A stretch of 62,956 nucleotides of DNA, counting the filler. It is 4 parts of 4 records of this genome, joined end to end, with 100 filler letters (N's around TTAATTAATTAA, not from the genome) between each part and the next. Parts side by side here need not be neighbours in the genome. Positions count along the whole stretch, not along the records: positions 7,179 to 37,467 come from SRR31156797_3908; 3 more parts are not named here. One strand, 5' to 3'. Below the pieces are notes generated by a model. It saw only the letters and a program-made list of their open reading frames with translations. It made no database searches and was not told the DNA's origin. Of this stretch, positions 21,309-29,321 are shown piece after piece. The stretch's first letter is position 1. Each line of letters starts with the position of its first letter. The position numbers were made by a program, and so were the translations under genes.

Positions 21309-21657
21309 ACCATTTCCTTTTTTCAAACACTGTATCGCGTCAATCACTGTGATGCACAATAGACATTTATTCTAGGTGATATTTACGCTGTGAATTGTGC
21401 AATAGCTTACGTTTGTAACCTGTGTCGAGTTTGTAACCCAACAACTATCATTCAGGTGCCGACTAAGTAGTAAGCTACGTTACTAAAGTGATGGATATAT
21501 TAATATTTTGCGGTTTAAGTTGTTACCGTGATCGTTCCAAACCCTATTTCGACTTTGTATCAAAGTTAAATCTGGAGATGAATCAGACACAGTATGGAAG
21601 GGCTTGGCTTTTATTGTGTGACATTGTAACTTTAGGAGTGTAGGTTTGCGTGTAGCT

Positions 21658-21688
21658 AAAACTAAACAGCTCCCCATTTTGGGAGCTG
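21658..21688 (-). terminator. Terminator of the decarboxylase gene
   Basis: CAGCTCCC/GGGAGCTG stem followed by TTTAGTTT on the minus strand. Confidence 0.75.
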
Positions 21689-21710
21689 CGGTCGTAAAAG
21701 TTGATTCGAT

Positions 21711-22910
21711 TTAACCAATCATACGTTCACTGTTTGTTTCACGCTCGTTAATAACAACGGTCTGTGCACGCTTGAAGAAATTAAAGTCTGTTGCGGTAGC
21801 GCTTGTGTATGCACCCATCATTCGGCCAATAACCAAGTCACCATTATTGAGCTTTGGCAACATGATGTTTTCTGCAATCACGTCAATGCTGTCACAAGTG
21901 GGGCCTGACAAAACGCTTGGCACGTATTCGCCTTCCGTTTTTAATGTCAGAAGCGGGTATTGTGCATCATCAAACATCAGACCACTGAATGAACCATAAA
22001 TACCATCGTCAAGGTAATACCAAATTTGCCCTTCGCGTTCCGCTTGTCCCATTACTGATGCAACGCTTGTTACAGCCTGTGCAACGATGAAACGACCGGG
22101 TTCAGCAATCACTTGCACTGTTTCAGGCAACTCGTTTAATGCTTCGTTAATCGGTACACAAAACTGGTCAATGGGCATCACTGTTTTGGTGTAAGTCACA
22201 GGGAAGCCACCACCGATATCTAGTGTGCTTAGTGCTGGTAAACCACGTTCAACAACTTCTGCCATCACTTGGTTGCAAGTACGAATCGCGTCGACATATT
22301 TTTGTGGGTTCATAGTTTGTGAACCTACGTGGAATGACAAGCCTTTTATACGGATGTTCCATTCCTTTGCCGTTTCAATAATTGCCAATGCTTGTTCTGA
22401 GCTACAACCGAACTTCTTAGACAAGTCTGCAAATGCTTCAGAGTTACGGAAGCTTAGACGAACCAAAAGTTCAACTTCTTCTCTGTATGGCTTGAACTTT
22501 TCGAGTTCGTTTAGGTTATCAACAACGAACACGTTACAGCCATACGCTAGCGCTTCACGAATATCGCGATCGCGTTTAATTGGGTGCGTGTGGATCGTGC
22601 GGTCAGCAGGTACACCTTGCTCAGCCACTAACTCAACTTCACCTGTTGTTGCAAGGTCAAAGCTTGCGCCTTCTTCCAAGAGTGTTTTTACGACTGTTGG
22701 ATGAGGGAGTGGTTTCAATGCGAAGTGCAAAGTAACGTTTGGTAACGCATGGCTTAACGCTCTGTATTGTGAACGAATAACATCGCAATCAAGCATTAGC
22801 AACGGTGCGCCAAATTGCTCAACCGACGTTTCGATAAGATCAATGGTCTCATTAGATAGAGCTTGAGTAGAGAAAGATTGAAAATCCAATACAGATGCTG
22901 ATTTAGCCAT
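21711..22910 (-). CDS. Fold-type III PLP-dependent ornithine/lysine decarboxylase
   Basis: HFALKP (PLP lysine), SKKFG, FHVGSQ, LDIGGGF, AEPGR, GPTCDSID, GAYT; GGAGG at 22916-22920. Confidence 0.93.
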   Translation of the reverse strand: MAKSASVLDFQSFSTQALSNETIDLIETSVEQFGAPLLMLDCDVIRSQYRALSHALPNVTLHFALKPLPHPTVVKTLLEEGASFDLATTGEVELVAEQGVPADRTIHTHPIKRDRDIREALAYGCNVFVVDNLNELEKFKPYREEVELLVRLSFRNSEAFADLSKKFGCSSEQALAIIETAKEWNIRIKGLSFHVGSQTMNPQKYVDAIRTCNQVMAEVVERGLPALSTLDIGGGFPVTYTKTVMPIDQFCVPINEALNELPETVQVIAEPGRFIVAQAVTSVASVMGQAEREGQIWYYLDDGIYGSFSGLMFDDAQYPLLTLKTEGEYVPSVLSGPTCDSIDVIAENIMLPKLNNGDLVIGRMMGAYTSATATDFNFFKRAQTVVINERETNSERMIG

Positions 22911-23080
22911 GCAAACCTCCAACAGTTTTGTAGACACTTTTCATATGCGTTGTGATGAAAAGTGGAGCGTCAATAATAGCGGGGTAACCGCCGTCAAAGT
23001 CACTCTTGGATAGTTGCTCTATCGCCTTGCCACAAAACTGCTGTGATGTACTCGGATTGGCTATCATCAAGAAGCAGCGC
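22911..23080 (-). ncRNA. Structured 5' leader (riboswitch-like candidate) of the decarboxylase
   Basis: Hand-folded four-way junction with a 14-bp closing stem touching the SD, plus an alternative 5' helix. Confidence 0.6.
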
Positions 23081-23081
23081 G

Positions 23082-23110
23082 ATATTAAGGGCATCACTTT
23101 TCTGACGCAA
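23082..23110 (-). promoter_or_regulatory. Sigma70 promoter of the decarboxylase
   Basis: TTGCGT-17 nt-TAATAT followed by the GC-rich discriminator CGCGC. Confidence 0.65.
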
Positions 23111-23214
23111 TAAAAAATACGCCAAAGAAAGCAAAAGGTTTTTGTCGATAAGACAAGCGTTGTTTGTCGTGTTTATCTAATTGATTTTACGTAACTTGTT
23201 TCGTTTGATACGTA

Positions 23215-23252
23215 TTGTTTAAGCCTTTAATACAAGTTAAAGGCTTAAACAA
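23215..23252 (-). terminator. Hairpin after the GST gene
   Basis: 16-bp perfect stem TTGTTTAAGCCTTTAA/TTAAAGGCTTAAACAA. Confidence 0.7.
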
Positions 23253-23257
23253 TGAGC

Positions 23258-23905
23258 TTAAATCGACTCTCCAGCTTCATCTTCGATGACAATGTCATTC
23301 TCTAAGCTTGCCTCGGCAAGCCATTTTTTCATTGCTGGGCTATTTAGTACTTTATCTGAATAGGTTTTTGCTTTTTCTGAAAGGGGGATGCCATAGGTTT
23401 GCATACGTAGTACTACGGGAGCGTACATAGCGTCCGCTATAGACCAATCGCCAAACAACCAGCTATCAGGGTATTGTTCCATTTGCTCGGACCAAAGCGC
23501 GTCGATCCGAGTAATATCTTTTAAAGCGGCGTCACTGAGTTCTACTTTTCTCTCTGCGCGGCAGTTCATTGGCATTTCATTGCGCAGTGCGACGAAGCCG
23601 GAATGCATTTCACACGCGATTGCTCTGGCCTTAGCTCGTTCAGCTTGCTGTGTTGGCCAGGCGCTCCCATCGAGAACGGTTTCATTGACGTACTCGAGTA
23701 TTGCCAGTGAATCCCAAACTGTGACACTGTCACTAACTAGGGTCGGTACTTTTGCTGTAGGAGTAATGTCTTGGAGCGTTTTATAGAACTCCTCCGTGAA
23801 CAGTTTAATTTTTACCACTTCAACATCGATATCATGCTGTGCAAAGATAAGCCACGCACGCAAAGACCACGTAGAGTAGTTCTGGTTGCCAATAAACAGT
23901 TTCAT
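23258..23905 (-). CDS. Glutathione S-transferase family protein
   Basis: NYSTWSLRAWL, KVPTL, WDSLAILEY, EMHSGF, SIADAMYAPV. Confidence 0.92.
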   Translation of the reverse strand: MKLFIGNQNYSTWSLRAWLIFAQHDIDVEVVKIKLFTEEFYKTLQDITPTAKVPTLVSDSVTVWDSLAILEYVNETVLDGSAWPTQQAERAKARAIACEMHSGFVALRNEMPMNCRAERKVELSDAALKDITRIDALWSEQMEQYPDSWLFGDWSIADAMYAPVVLRMQTYGIPLSEKAKTYSDKVLNSPAMKKWLAEASLENDIVIEDEAGESI

Positions 23906-24027
23906 TCAAACTTCCTTGATTGTTAGAGTAATATCGGAACGCTTAATTTAAGGGATTGTTTTATCGTCGACTAACGGATAGTTTTGATAGAACCTATAAA
24001 CAAAAACGATGGATAGTTCAGCTTAGT

Positions 24028-24861
24028 ATGGATATTGATGCTTTAAAAAGTTTTCTGGCGTTTGTCGATACGGGAAGTTTTACCCGAGCAGCAAAGCAGA
24101 TTAATCGAACACAGTCTGCATTTAGTGCGCAGATGCGTAAGCTGGAAGATGAACTCAATACTGGTTTATTTGAAAAAGATGGCCGTAATCTCGTGTTGAG
24201 TGAAGCAGGCTTGGCATTGAGATCTCACGCTGAAGAATTGGTGGGGTTACATAATAAAGCGGTTAAACAAGTCAGTCGATATCAGGATAAACGACCGCTG
24301 CGACTGGGCTGCCCTGAAGACTATAACGATTCAATATTACCACAGCTGATTGCTGAATTAATTCAGCAACAACCTACTTGCTCAATTCAAGTTTATAGTC
24401 AGCCAAGCGTGACGCTTCGAGAGTGGTTAGACGAAGATAAAATTGATGCGGCCATTTTAACACGCTCTCCAGATTCAGAAGAGGGGCATTGGTTGGCTCA
24501 TGATCAGGGGGTTTGGATAAAGCAAAAGGATTATGAGATTGATAAAACTCAACCGCTGCCACTTGCTCTTTTCCAACAAGATTGTAAATATCACGCGGCA
24601 GCCATTGACGGGCTAAGCAAAAAAGGGATTTCGTATCAACTACTGGCATGCTGCAACACGGCTTCCGCACAGCGAGCGATCGTTCGCCAGGGCTTAGCCA
24701 TTGGAGCGATGGGTAGACTCAGTGTCTCAAATGATCTCGAGGTGATCGCTGACTTTCCACCGTTGCCTGCGGTTGATATTGTATTAGTCACCAGTATTAA
24801 TCCTCATCCTTTGTTAGCCCAAATAGACTTTAAAACCGACCGTTTTTCTATCCTTAGCTGA
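24028..24861 (+). CDS. LysR-family regulator (divergent from GST)
   Basis: GSFTRAAKQINRTQSAFSAQMRKLE HTH. Confidence 0.92.
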   Translation: MDIDALKSFLAFVDTGSFTRAAKQINRTQSAFSAQMRKLEDELNTGLFEKDGRNLVLSEAGLALRSHAEELVGLHNKAVKQVSRYQDKRPLRLGCPEDYNDSILPQLIAELIQQQPTCSIQVYSQPSVTLREWLDEDKIDAAILTRSPDSEEGHWLAHDQGVWIKQKDYEIDKTQPLPLALFQQDCKYHAAAIDGLSKKGISYQLLACCNTASAQRAIVRQGLAIGAMGRLSVSNDLEVIADFPPLPAVDIVLVTSINPHPLLAQIDFKTDRFSILS

Positions 24862-24909
24862 TTTATTTGGCATAAACGTGTTGAACCAATCTTCGTTTAT
24901 GCCTTGCGA

Positions 24910-25224
24910 TTAGTGGCCCAGTTTAAGCATTACGACACCCGATAGGATCAGCATGATACCGATATAACGGATCATTGATGATGGGTCACCATAAAAATAG
25001 ACACCGACTAAAAAAGTACCTGCGGCACCGATTCCCGTCCATACCGCGTATGCTGTTCCCATAGGGATGGTACGCTGAGCCGTAAATAGCAAAGCACCAC
25101 TTATTGCCATAAATACAATTGCCATCGATACCCCTAATAGCTTCTGGCCTGATTGCGCTACTTTTAAGCCAACAGGCCATCCAATTTCGGTAATTCCAGC
25201 CAATACTAAATATAACCAGCCCAT
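24910..25224 (-). CDS. SMR/DMT transporter (SugE/Gdx-like)
   Basis: 104 aa, 4 TM; LAGITEIGW, IPMGTAYAVWTGIG. Confidence 0.9.
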   Translation of the reverse strand: MGWLYLVLAGITEIGWPVGLKVAQSGQKLLGVSMAIVFMAISGALLFTAQRTIPMGTAYAVWTGIGAAGTFLVGVYFYGDPSSMIRYIGIMLILSGVVMLKLGH

Positions 25225-25315
25225 ACTCTGTACCTAATAAAAGAAAGAAACATTTGCGCGCTATAGTATCGATTAATATGATGGTTAAAAGTTAATAACT
25301 ATCGATATTTTTCAT

Positions 25316-26200
25316 ATGTTAAGTTTGGAACAAATAAAAATGTTTACTACGGCAGCCGAACTCGGCTCTTTTTCGGCTTGCGCGCGGAAAATGGGTAAGG
25401 TTCAATCAGCGGTGAGTCATGGTATCTCTACATTGGAAGTCGATCTTGGTGTTGAATTGTTTGATAGGTCATCAAGAAACCCTACATTGACCGAAGCTGG
25501 TGAGCGCCTTATTCGAAGCGCACGCAATTTGTTGGCTCAGGCTGATGAATTTGAACGAATTGCACAGTCTATTGAACGTCAAGAAGAGAGTGCAATGACG
25601 ATTGCTATTGACGATGGTGTTTATAGTGCGGAACTGGTGGAACTGTTTAAGCGCCTTGATACGCAATTTCCAACCATTCAGGTTGATGTATTGAATCTAG
25701 CTTCCGGTGATATATCAACCGAAGTCGCGAGTGGCGAAGTCGATATCGGTGTGATGTTTACAGAAATTGAAATGCTGAAACAAGTTGATTTTTGTTACGT
25801 TGGCAGCATTGATTACGTCGCTGTTTGCCATCCTGATTACCCATTAGCCAGCGTAGCGGTTAAGTTTCAATCAGAACTGTCTCCTTTTAGGCAGTTAGCT
25901 GTGCGTGGTAAATCAAAAAAAGAAGCTCAGGCATTAATTAGTATTGCGCCAAAAGTATGGTGGAGTTCTAGCCATTACAGCGTGCTCGAAATGGTGAAAC
26001 AACAGGTGGGCTGGGCCTATTTACCATCATTCTTGGTGAACGAGCAAATTGTTAGTGGCGAACTGCATAAAATCAAAATTGCCTTTGATCATAAGCCTTG
26101 GAACGCGCCAGTAGATTTGGTGTTTAAAAAAGGTCGAACAAATGGTCCTGTTTTTGACTGGCTTTTTGAAGAATTAAAACAGATATTTACACCAACTTAG
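25316..26200 (+). CDS. LysR-family regulator (divergent from SMR)
   Basis: GSFSACARKMGKVQSAVSHGISTLE. Confidence 0.92.
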   Translation: MLSLEQIKMFTTAAELGSFSACARKMGKVQSAVSHGISTLEVDLGVELFDRSSRNPTLTEAGERLIRSARNLLAQADEFERIAQSIERQEESAMTIAIDDGVYSAELVELFKRLDTQFPTIQVDVLNLASGDISTEVASGEVDIGVMFTEIEMLKQVDFCYVGSIDYVAVCHPDYPLASVAVKFQSELSPFRQLAVRGKSKKEAQALISIAPKVWWSSSHYSVLEMVKQQVGWAYLPSFLVNEQIVSGELHKIKIAFDHKPWNAPVDLVFKKGRTNGPVFDWLFEELKQIFTPT

Positions 26201-26371
26201 TAAAATGTGAAGTCACATCAAATATGCTTACATGAATATGCAATGTGGTGAATTGATTCGTATCAATAATATTGTTCAGAAAAATTGATGGAGATGGTTA
26301 ATGGTTTAACCTGCCAATTAAACTTTTGGGTAACTATATTAAATATTATTAGATCTGAAAGGGTGGTTGTC

Positions 26372-26794
26372 ATGAACGAATTGTTCAATCAAATAGATAG
26401 AGTGCTAGCAAAACCAGATGTTGGTAAGTTAGTTTTGCGTGTGAGCTTTGCATTTCTGTTTCTTCTTCACGGTATACACAAAATTACCGGTGGAACAGAG
26501 TTCATCCAGGGGCTATTAGTGAATCATGGTTTGCCTGCATTTATTGCGTACGGTGTATATTTGGGTGAAGTTGTGGCTCCGTTACTGATTATTGTTGGCG
26601 TTTATACTCGCTTAGCATCAATAGTGCTCTCTGGTACCTGTTTAATGGTTATTTATCTATTGCACATGGGAGACTTGTTTGCGCTTAATAAGTTTGGAGC
26701 GTGGGCTGTAGAAGGGGTTGGGGTCTATCTATTTGCTGCAATCGCGATTATGTTCCTAGGTTCTGGTAAATATGCCCTTAAGCCTGATGCATAA
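26372..26794 (+). CDS. DoxX-family membrane protein
   Basis: LVLRV..LLHGIHKI, GEVVAPLL, GSGKYAL. Confidence 0.85.
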   Translation: MNELFNQIDRVLAKPDVGKLVLRVSFAFLFLLHGIHKITGGTEFIQGLLVNHGLPAFIAYGVYLGEVVAPLLIIVGVYTRLASIVLSGTCLMVIYLLHMGDLFALNKFGAWAVEGVGVYLFAAIAIMFLGSGKYALKPDA

Positions 26795-26812
26795 CATTTG
26801 CAAATCATACTC

Positions 26813-26838
26813 AGCCGAGCAAATCGCTCGGCTTTTTT
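26813..26838 (+). terminator. Intrinsic terminator
   Basis: AGCCGAGC/GCTCGGCT stem followed by TTTTT. Confidence 0.85.
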
Positions 26839-27002
26839 GTATCTAAAACTTAATCTAATGCACTATAACTTAAGCTAGTTGAATGCGAGAAATATAACAA
26901 ACAACGAATTACTCAAACATTTCCAACAATCCTTCCGCTTTTTGTCTGGTAAGCACTACACTTTTAGGGTGCTTTATTCTACAAATTCAAAAAGGTAAAC
27001 TT

Positions 27003-27338
27003 ATGGCAACCCACCGTTCCAAACGATTAAGAAAAAAGCTTTATGTCGATGAATTTAAAGTATTAGGTTTCGCTTTTTCTTGTCGCCTTGACTTAATGCA
27101 ACAAGATGAATTTGACCCCATTATTGATGAGTTTTTAGCGCACATTGAAGCACGTAACTTAGTGATGGGAGGCGGAGCAGACCTCAAAACGTTTGATGGC
27201 TTTATCGTGCCAGAGCGGCGTTATGATTCTGCAACAGAGGATGACAGAAAAGCTGTTGAAACGTGGCTAAGTGCTCATCGCTCTTGCTTTGATGTTATTG
27301 TTGGCCCATTAATTGATGCCAATCAACCCGAAGAATAA
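27003..27338 (+). CDS. yggL: YggL (DUF469) family protein
   Basis: RSKRLRKKLYVDEFKVLGF N-terminus and C-terminal VGPLIDA. Confidence 0.85.
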   Translation: MATHRSKRLRKKLYVDEFKVLGFAFSCRLDLMQQDEFDPIIDEFLAHIEARNLVMGGGADLKTFDGFIVPERRYDSATEDDRKAVETWLSAHRSCFDVIVGPLIDANQPEE

Positions 27339-27371
27339 TACTTTTAAGTTTTTGAGCGTTTGGAGGTGCGG

Positions 27372-27947
27372 ATGACGAGCAACGAACCTATTTCCTCTGC
27401 TGTTCCTTGTTTAATCGAAACTTGGAGCAACACCCAAGCCTCACTGTACCGGTGGTTGGTTAAACATTGCTCTAATACTGAACTTGCTGTTGACCTTTTG
27501 CAGGACACGTTTCTAAAAGCACTCCAGCAAGATTCAAAATTTTGCGATGTTGATAATCAAAGAGCTTGGCTGTTCACCGTAGCGAAGAACCTGCTTATTA
27601 ACGAATGGCGCCAATCGGGTAAATGGGTTCCATTATCTGATAGCGATGATTTTGATGAACCGACAACAGAGCGAGAACCTGTTGAGAGCTTAGCTCAATG
27701 CTTACCCAGAGCTTTAGCTTGTTTACGAGAGCAGGATAGAGCACTAATAGAGTTTTGCGATTTACAAGGACACAGTCATCAAGAGTTCGCTCAGCGGCAT
27801 AATCTTTCTCTTACTGCGGTAAAATCTCGAATCCAGAGAGCCCGAATAAAACTACGTACCCAATTAAAGCAAAACTGCCACATTCGTTTTGATACCAGTA
27901 ACAAAATTTGCTGTTTTGAGTTACCTCAAAACAAAACATTAAAATAA
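27372..27947 (+). CDS. ECF sigma factor, SigZ-like
   Basis: DLLQDTFLKA, RAWLFTVAKN, AVKSRIQRAR; Cys-rich tail; GGAGG RBS. Confidence 0.85.
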   Translation: MTSNEPISSAVPCLIETWSNTQASLYRWLVKHCSNTELAVDLLQDTFLKALQQDSKFCDVDNQRAWLFTVAKNLLINEWRQSGKWVPLSDSDDFDEPTTEREPVESLAQCLPRALACLREQDRALIEFCDLQGHSHQEFAQRHNLSLTAVKSRIQRARIKLRTQLKQNCHIRFDTSNKICCFELPQNKTLK

Positions 27948-27949
27948 TT

Positions 27950-27975
27950 TGCGTCTTTTACCTACTTAGTACGTT
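27950..27975 (+). promoter_or_regulatory. Candidate ECF promoter of the permease operon
   Basis: TGCGTCTTTT...CGTT immediately after the sigma gene. Confidence 0.4.
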
Positions 27976-28041
27976 GTATCCATAGAGCTAGCAATGATTT
28001 GCTCTCACGGTGTTTATCAGCAAGTAGTAGGAGAGTCTCGC

Positions 28042-29034
28042 ATGTTCGTGGTGTTTACCCTTTTAGCCGATTGGACGACGTATCAGCTATTTAGCCTAAC
28101 AAAAGGCACACAACTGGCTAATTCTATTCATTTTTTTATTGAAGATACCAGCAAAATTCTCGCGTTGCTTGTGGTGATGATTTATGTGATTGCACTGGTT
28201 AGAGCATCACTCAATGTAGAAAAAGTCAGGGAGTATTTGTCAGGGAAAAAACGTATTGTCGGTTATGTAATGGGGAGTGTATTCGGGGCTGTTACTCCAT
28301 TTTGCTCTTGCTCTAGTATTCCCGTATTTCTCGGCTTTACTTCTGCAGGAATACCGTTAGGCATTACCATGGCGTTTTTAATTACTTCTCCTTTAGTCAA
28401 TGAGATAGCGATACTGCTGCTCATTAGCTTGCTTGGTTGGAAGTTCACGCTACTTTATGTAGGGGCCGGGATGGTGATTGGCATAATTAGCGGTTGGCTA
28501 CTCGATCTATTCGGGGCTGAGCGCTGGTTACAACCCTTTGCGGCTAATGCGTTAGCGAAGGCGAGCAATAAAACCAGTAATAGCACTTCCACGTCCACAG
28601 ATAAGGTGACAATGCAGCAAAGGCATGCATTTGCCAAGAATGAGGCGCGAGATATTTTTACCCGTGTGTGGAAATGGGTATTAATTGGTGTCGGAGTTGG
28701 GGCTGCACTTCATGGCTATGTACCTGAAGGTTGGATTGAATCACATTTAGGTGCTCGGCAATGGTGGTCTGTGCCTGCATCCGTTGTTATTGGTATCCCT
28801 CTATACTCAAATGCAACCGGAGTGATACCAATTATGGAGAGCTTGTTACGAAATGGGTTGCCGGTGGGCACAACATTGGCTTTTTGTATGAGTACTGTTG
28901 CTGCCAGTGTTCCAGAGTTTGTGATGTTAAAACAAGTGATGCAGTGGCGCTTATTGGCTATTTTGTTTTTATTACTGCTGAGTGCGTTTACGCTTATCGG
29001 TTGGATATTTAATTTAGTTGTTTGGGTGGTTTAG
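28042..29034 (+). CDS. ArsP/DUF318-family permease
   Basis: TPFCSCSSIP, FLITSPLVNE, GIPLYSN, SVPEFVMLK. Confidence 0.88.
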   Translation: MFVVFTLLADWTTYQLFSLTKGTQLANSIHFFIEDTSKILALLVVMIYVIALVRASLNVEKVREYLSGKKRIVGYVMGSVFGAVTPFCSCSSIPVFLGFTSAGIPLGITMAFLITSPLVNEIAILLLISLLGWKFTLLYVGAGMVIGIISGWLLDLFGAERWLQPFAANALAKASNKTSNSTSTSTDKVTMQQRHAFAKNEARDIFTRVWKWVLIGVGVGAALHGYVPEGWIESHLGARQWWSVPASVVIGIPLYSNATGVIPIMESLLRNGLPVGTTLAFCMSTVAASVPEFVMLKQVMQWRLLAILFLLLLSAFTLIGWIFNLVVWVV

Positions 29035-29044
29035 GAGTCAATAT

Positions 29045-29275
29045 ATGAAATTGTTCAAAGTTCTAGGTTCTGGATGCACAAACTGTGTTAATACAGCCAA
29101 GCTAATTGAAAACACGGCTTCAGCTTTGGGAATAGAAGTTAAAGTCGAGAAAGTAACGGATGTCGAAACCATTATGAATTATGGTGTTATGTCGACACCT
29201 GCTGTGGTCTATGAGAACAAAGTGCTACATGCAGGGGGAGTGCCTACGGTCGATGACATTAAAAGCTGGTTATAG
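29045..29275 (+). CDS. Small redox-active disulfide protein (MTH895-like thioredoxin)
   Basis: KVLGSGCTNC and YGVMSTPA. Confidence 0.88.
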   Translation: MKLFKVLGSGCTNCVNTAKLIENTASALGIEVKVEKVTDVETIMNYGVMSTPAVVYENKVLHAGGVPTVDDIKSWL

Positions 29276-29283
29276 TATCAATC

Positions 29284-29318
29284 GCAGACACTTGGTTACA
29301 TTGTAACAAAGTGTCTGC
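29284..29318. terminator. Hairpin between convergent genes
   Basis: GCAGACACTT-GGTTACATTGTAACA-AAGTGTCTGC. Confidence 0.65.
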
Positions 29319-29321
29319 CTA

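Noticed and set aside
22225-22704. 159-aa antisense ORF and the other short shadow ORFs in the track
   Set aside because: They overlap well-supported genes and are typical antisense codon shadows
22911-23080. Lysine or SAM riboswitch assignment for the decarboxylase leader
   Set aside because: Signature motifs (AGAGGUGC/GCCGAA; AUCNAGAG...GCAACC...GUGC) are not present in the right arrangement
28042-29275. Selenoprotein version of the permease/thioredoxin
   Set aside because: Motifs use ordinary Cys codons; no in-frame TGA
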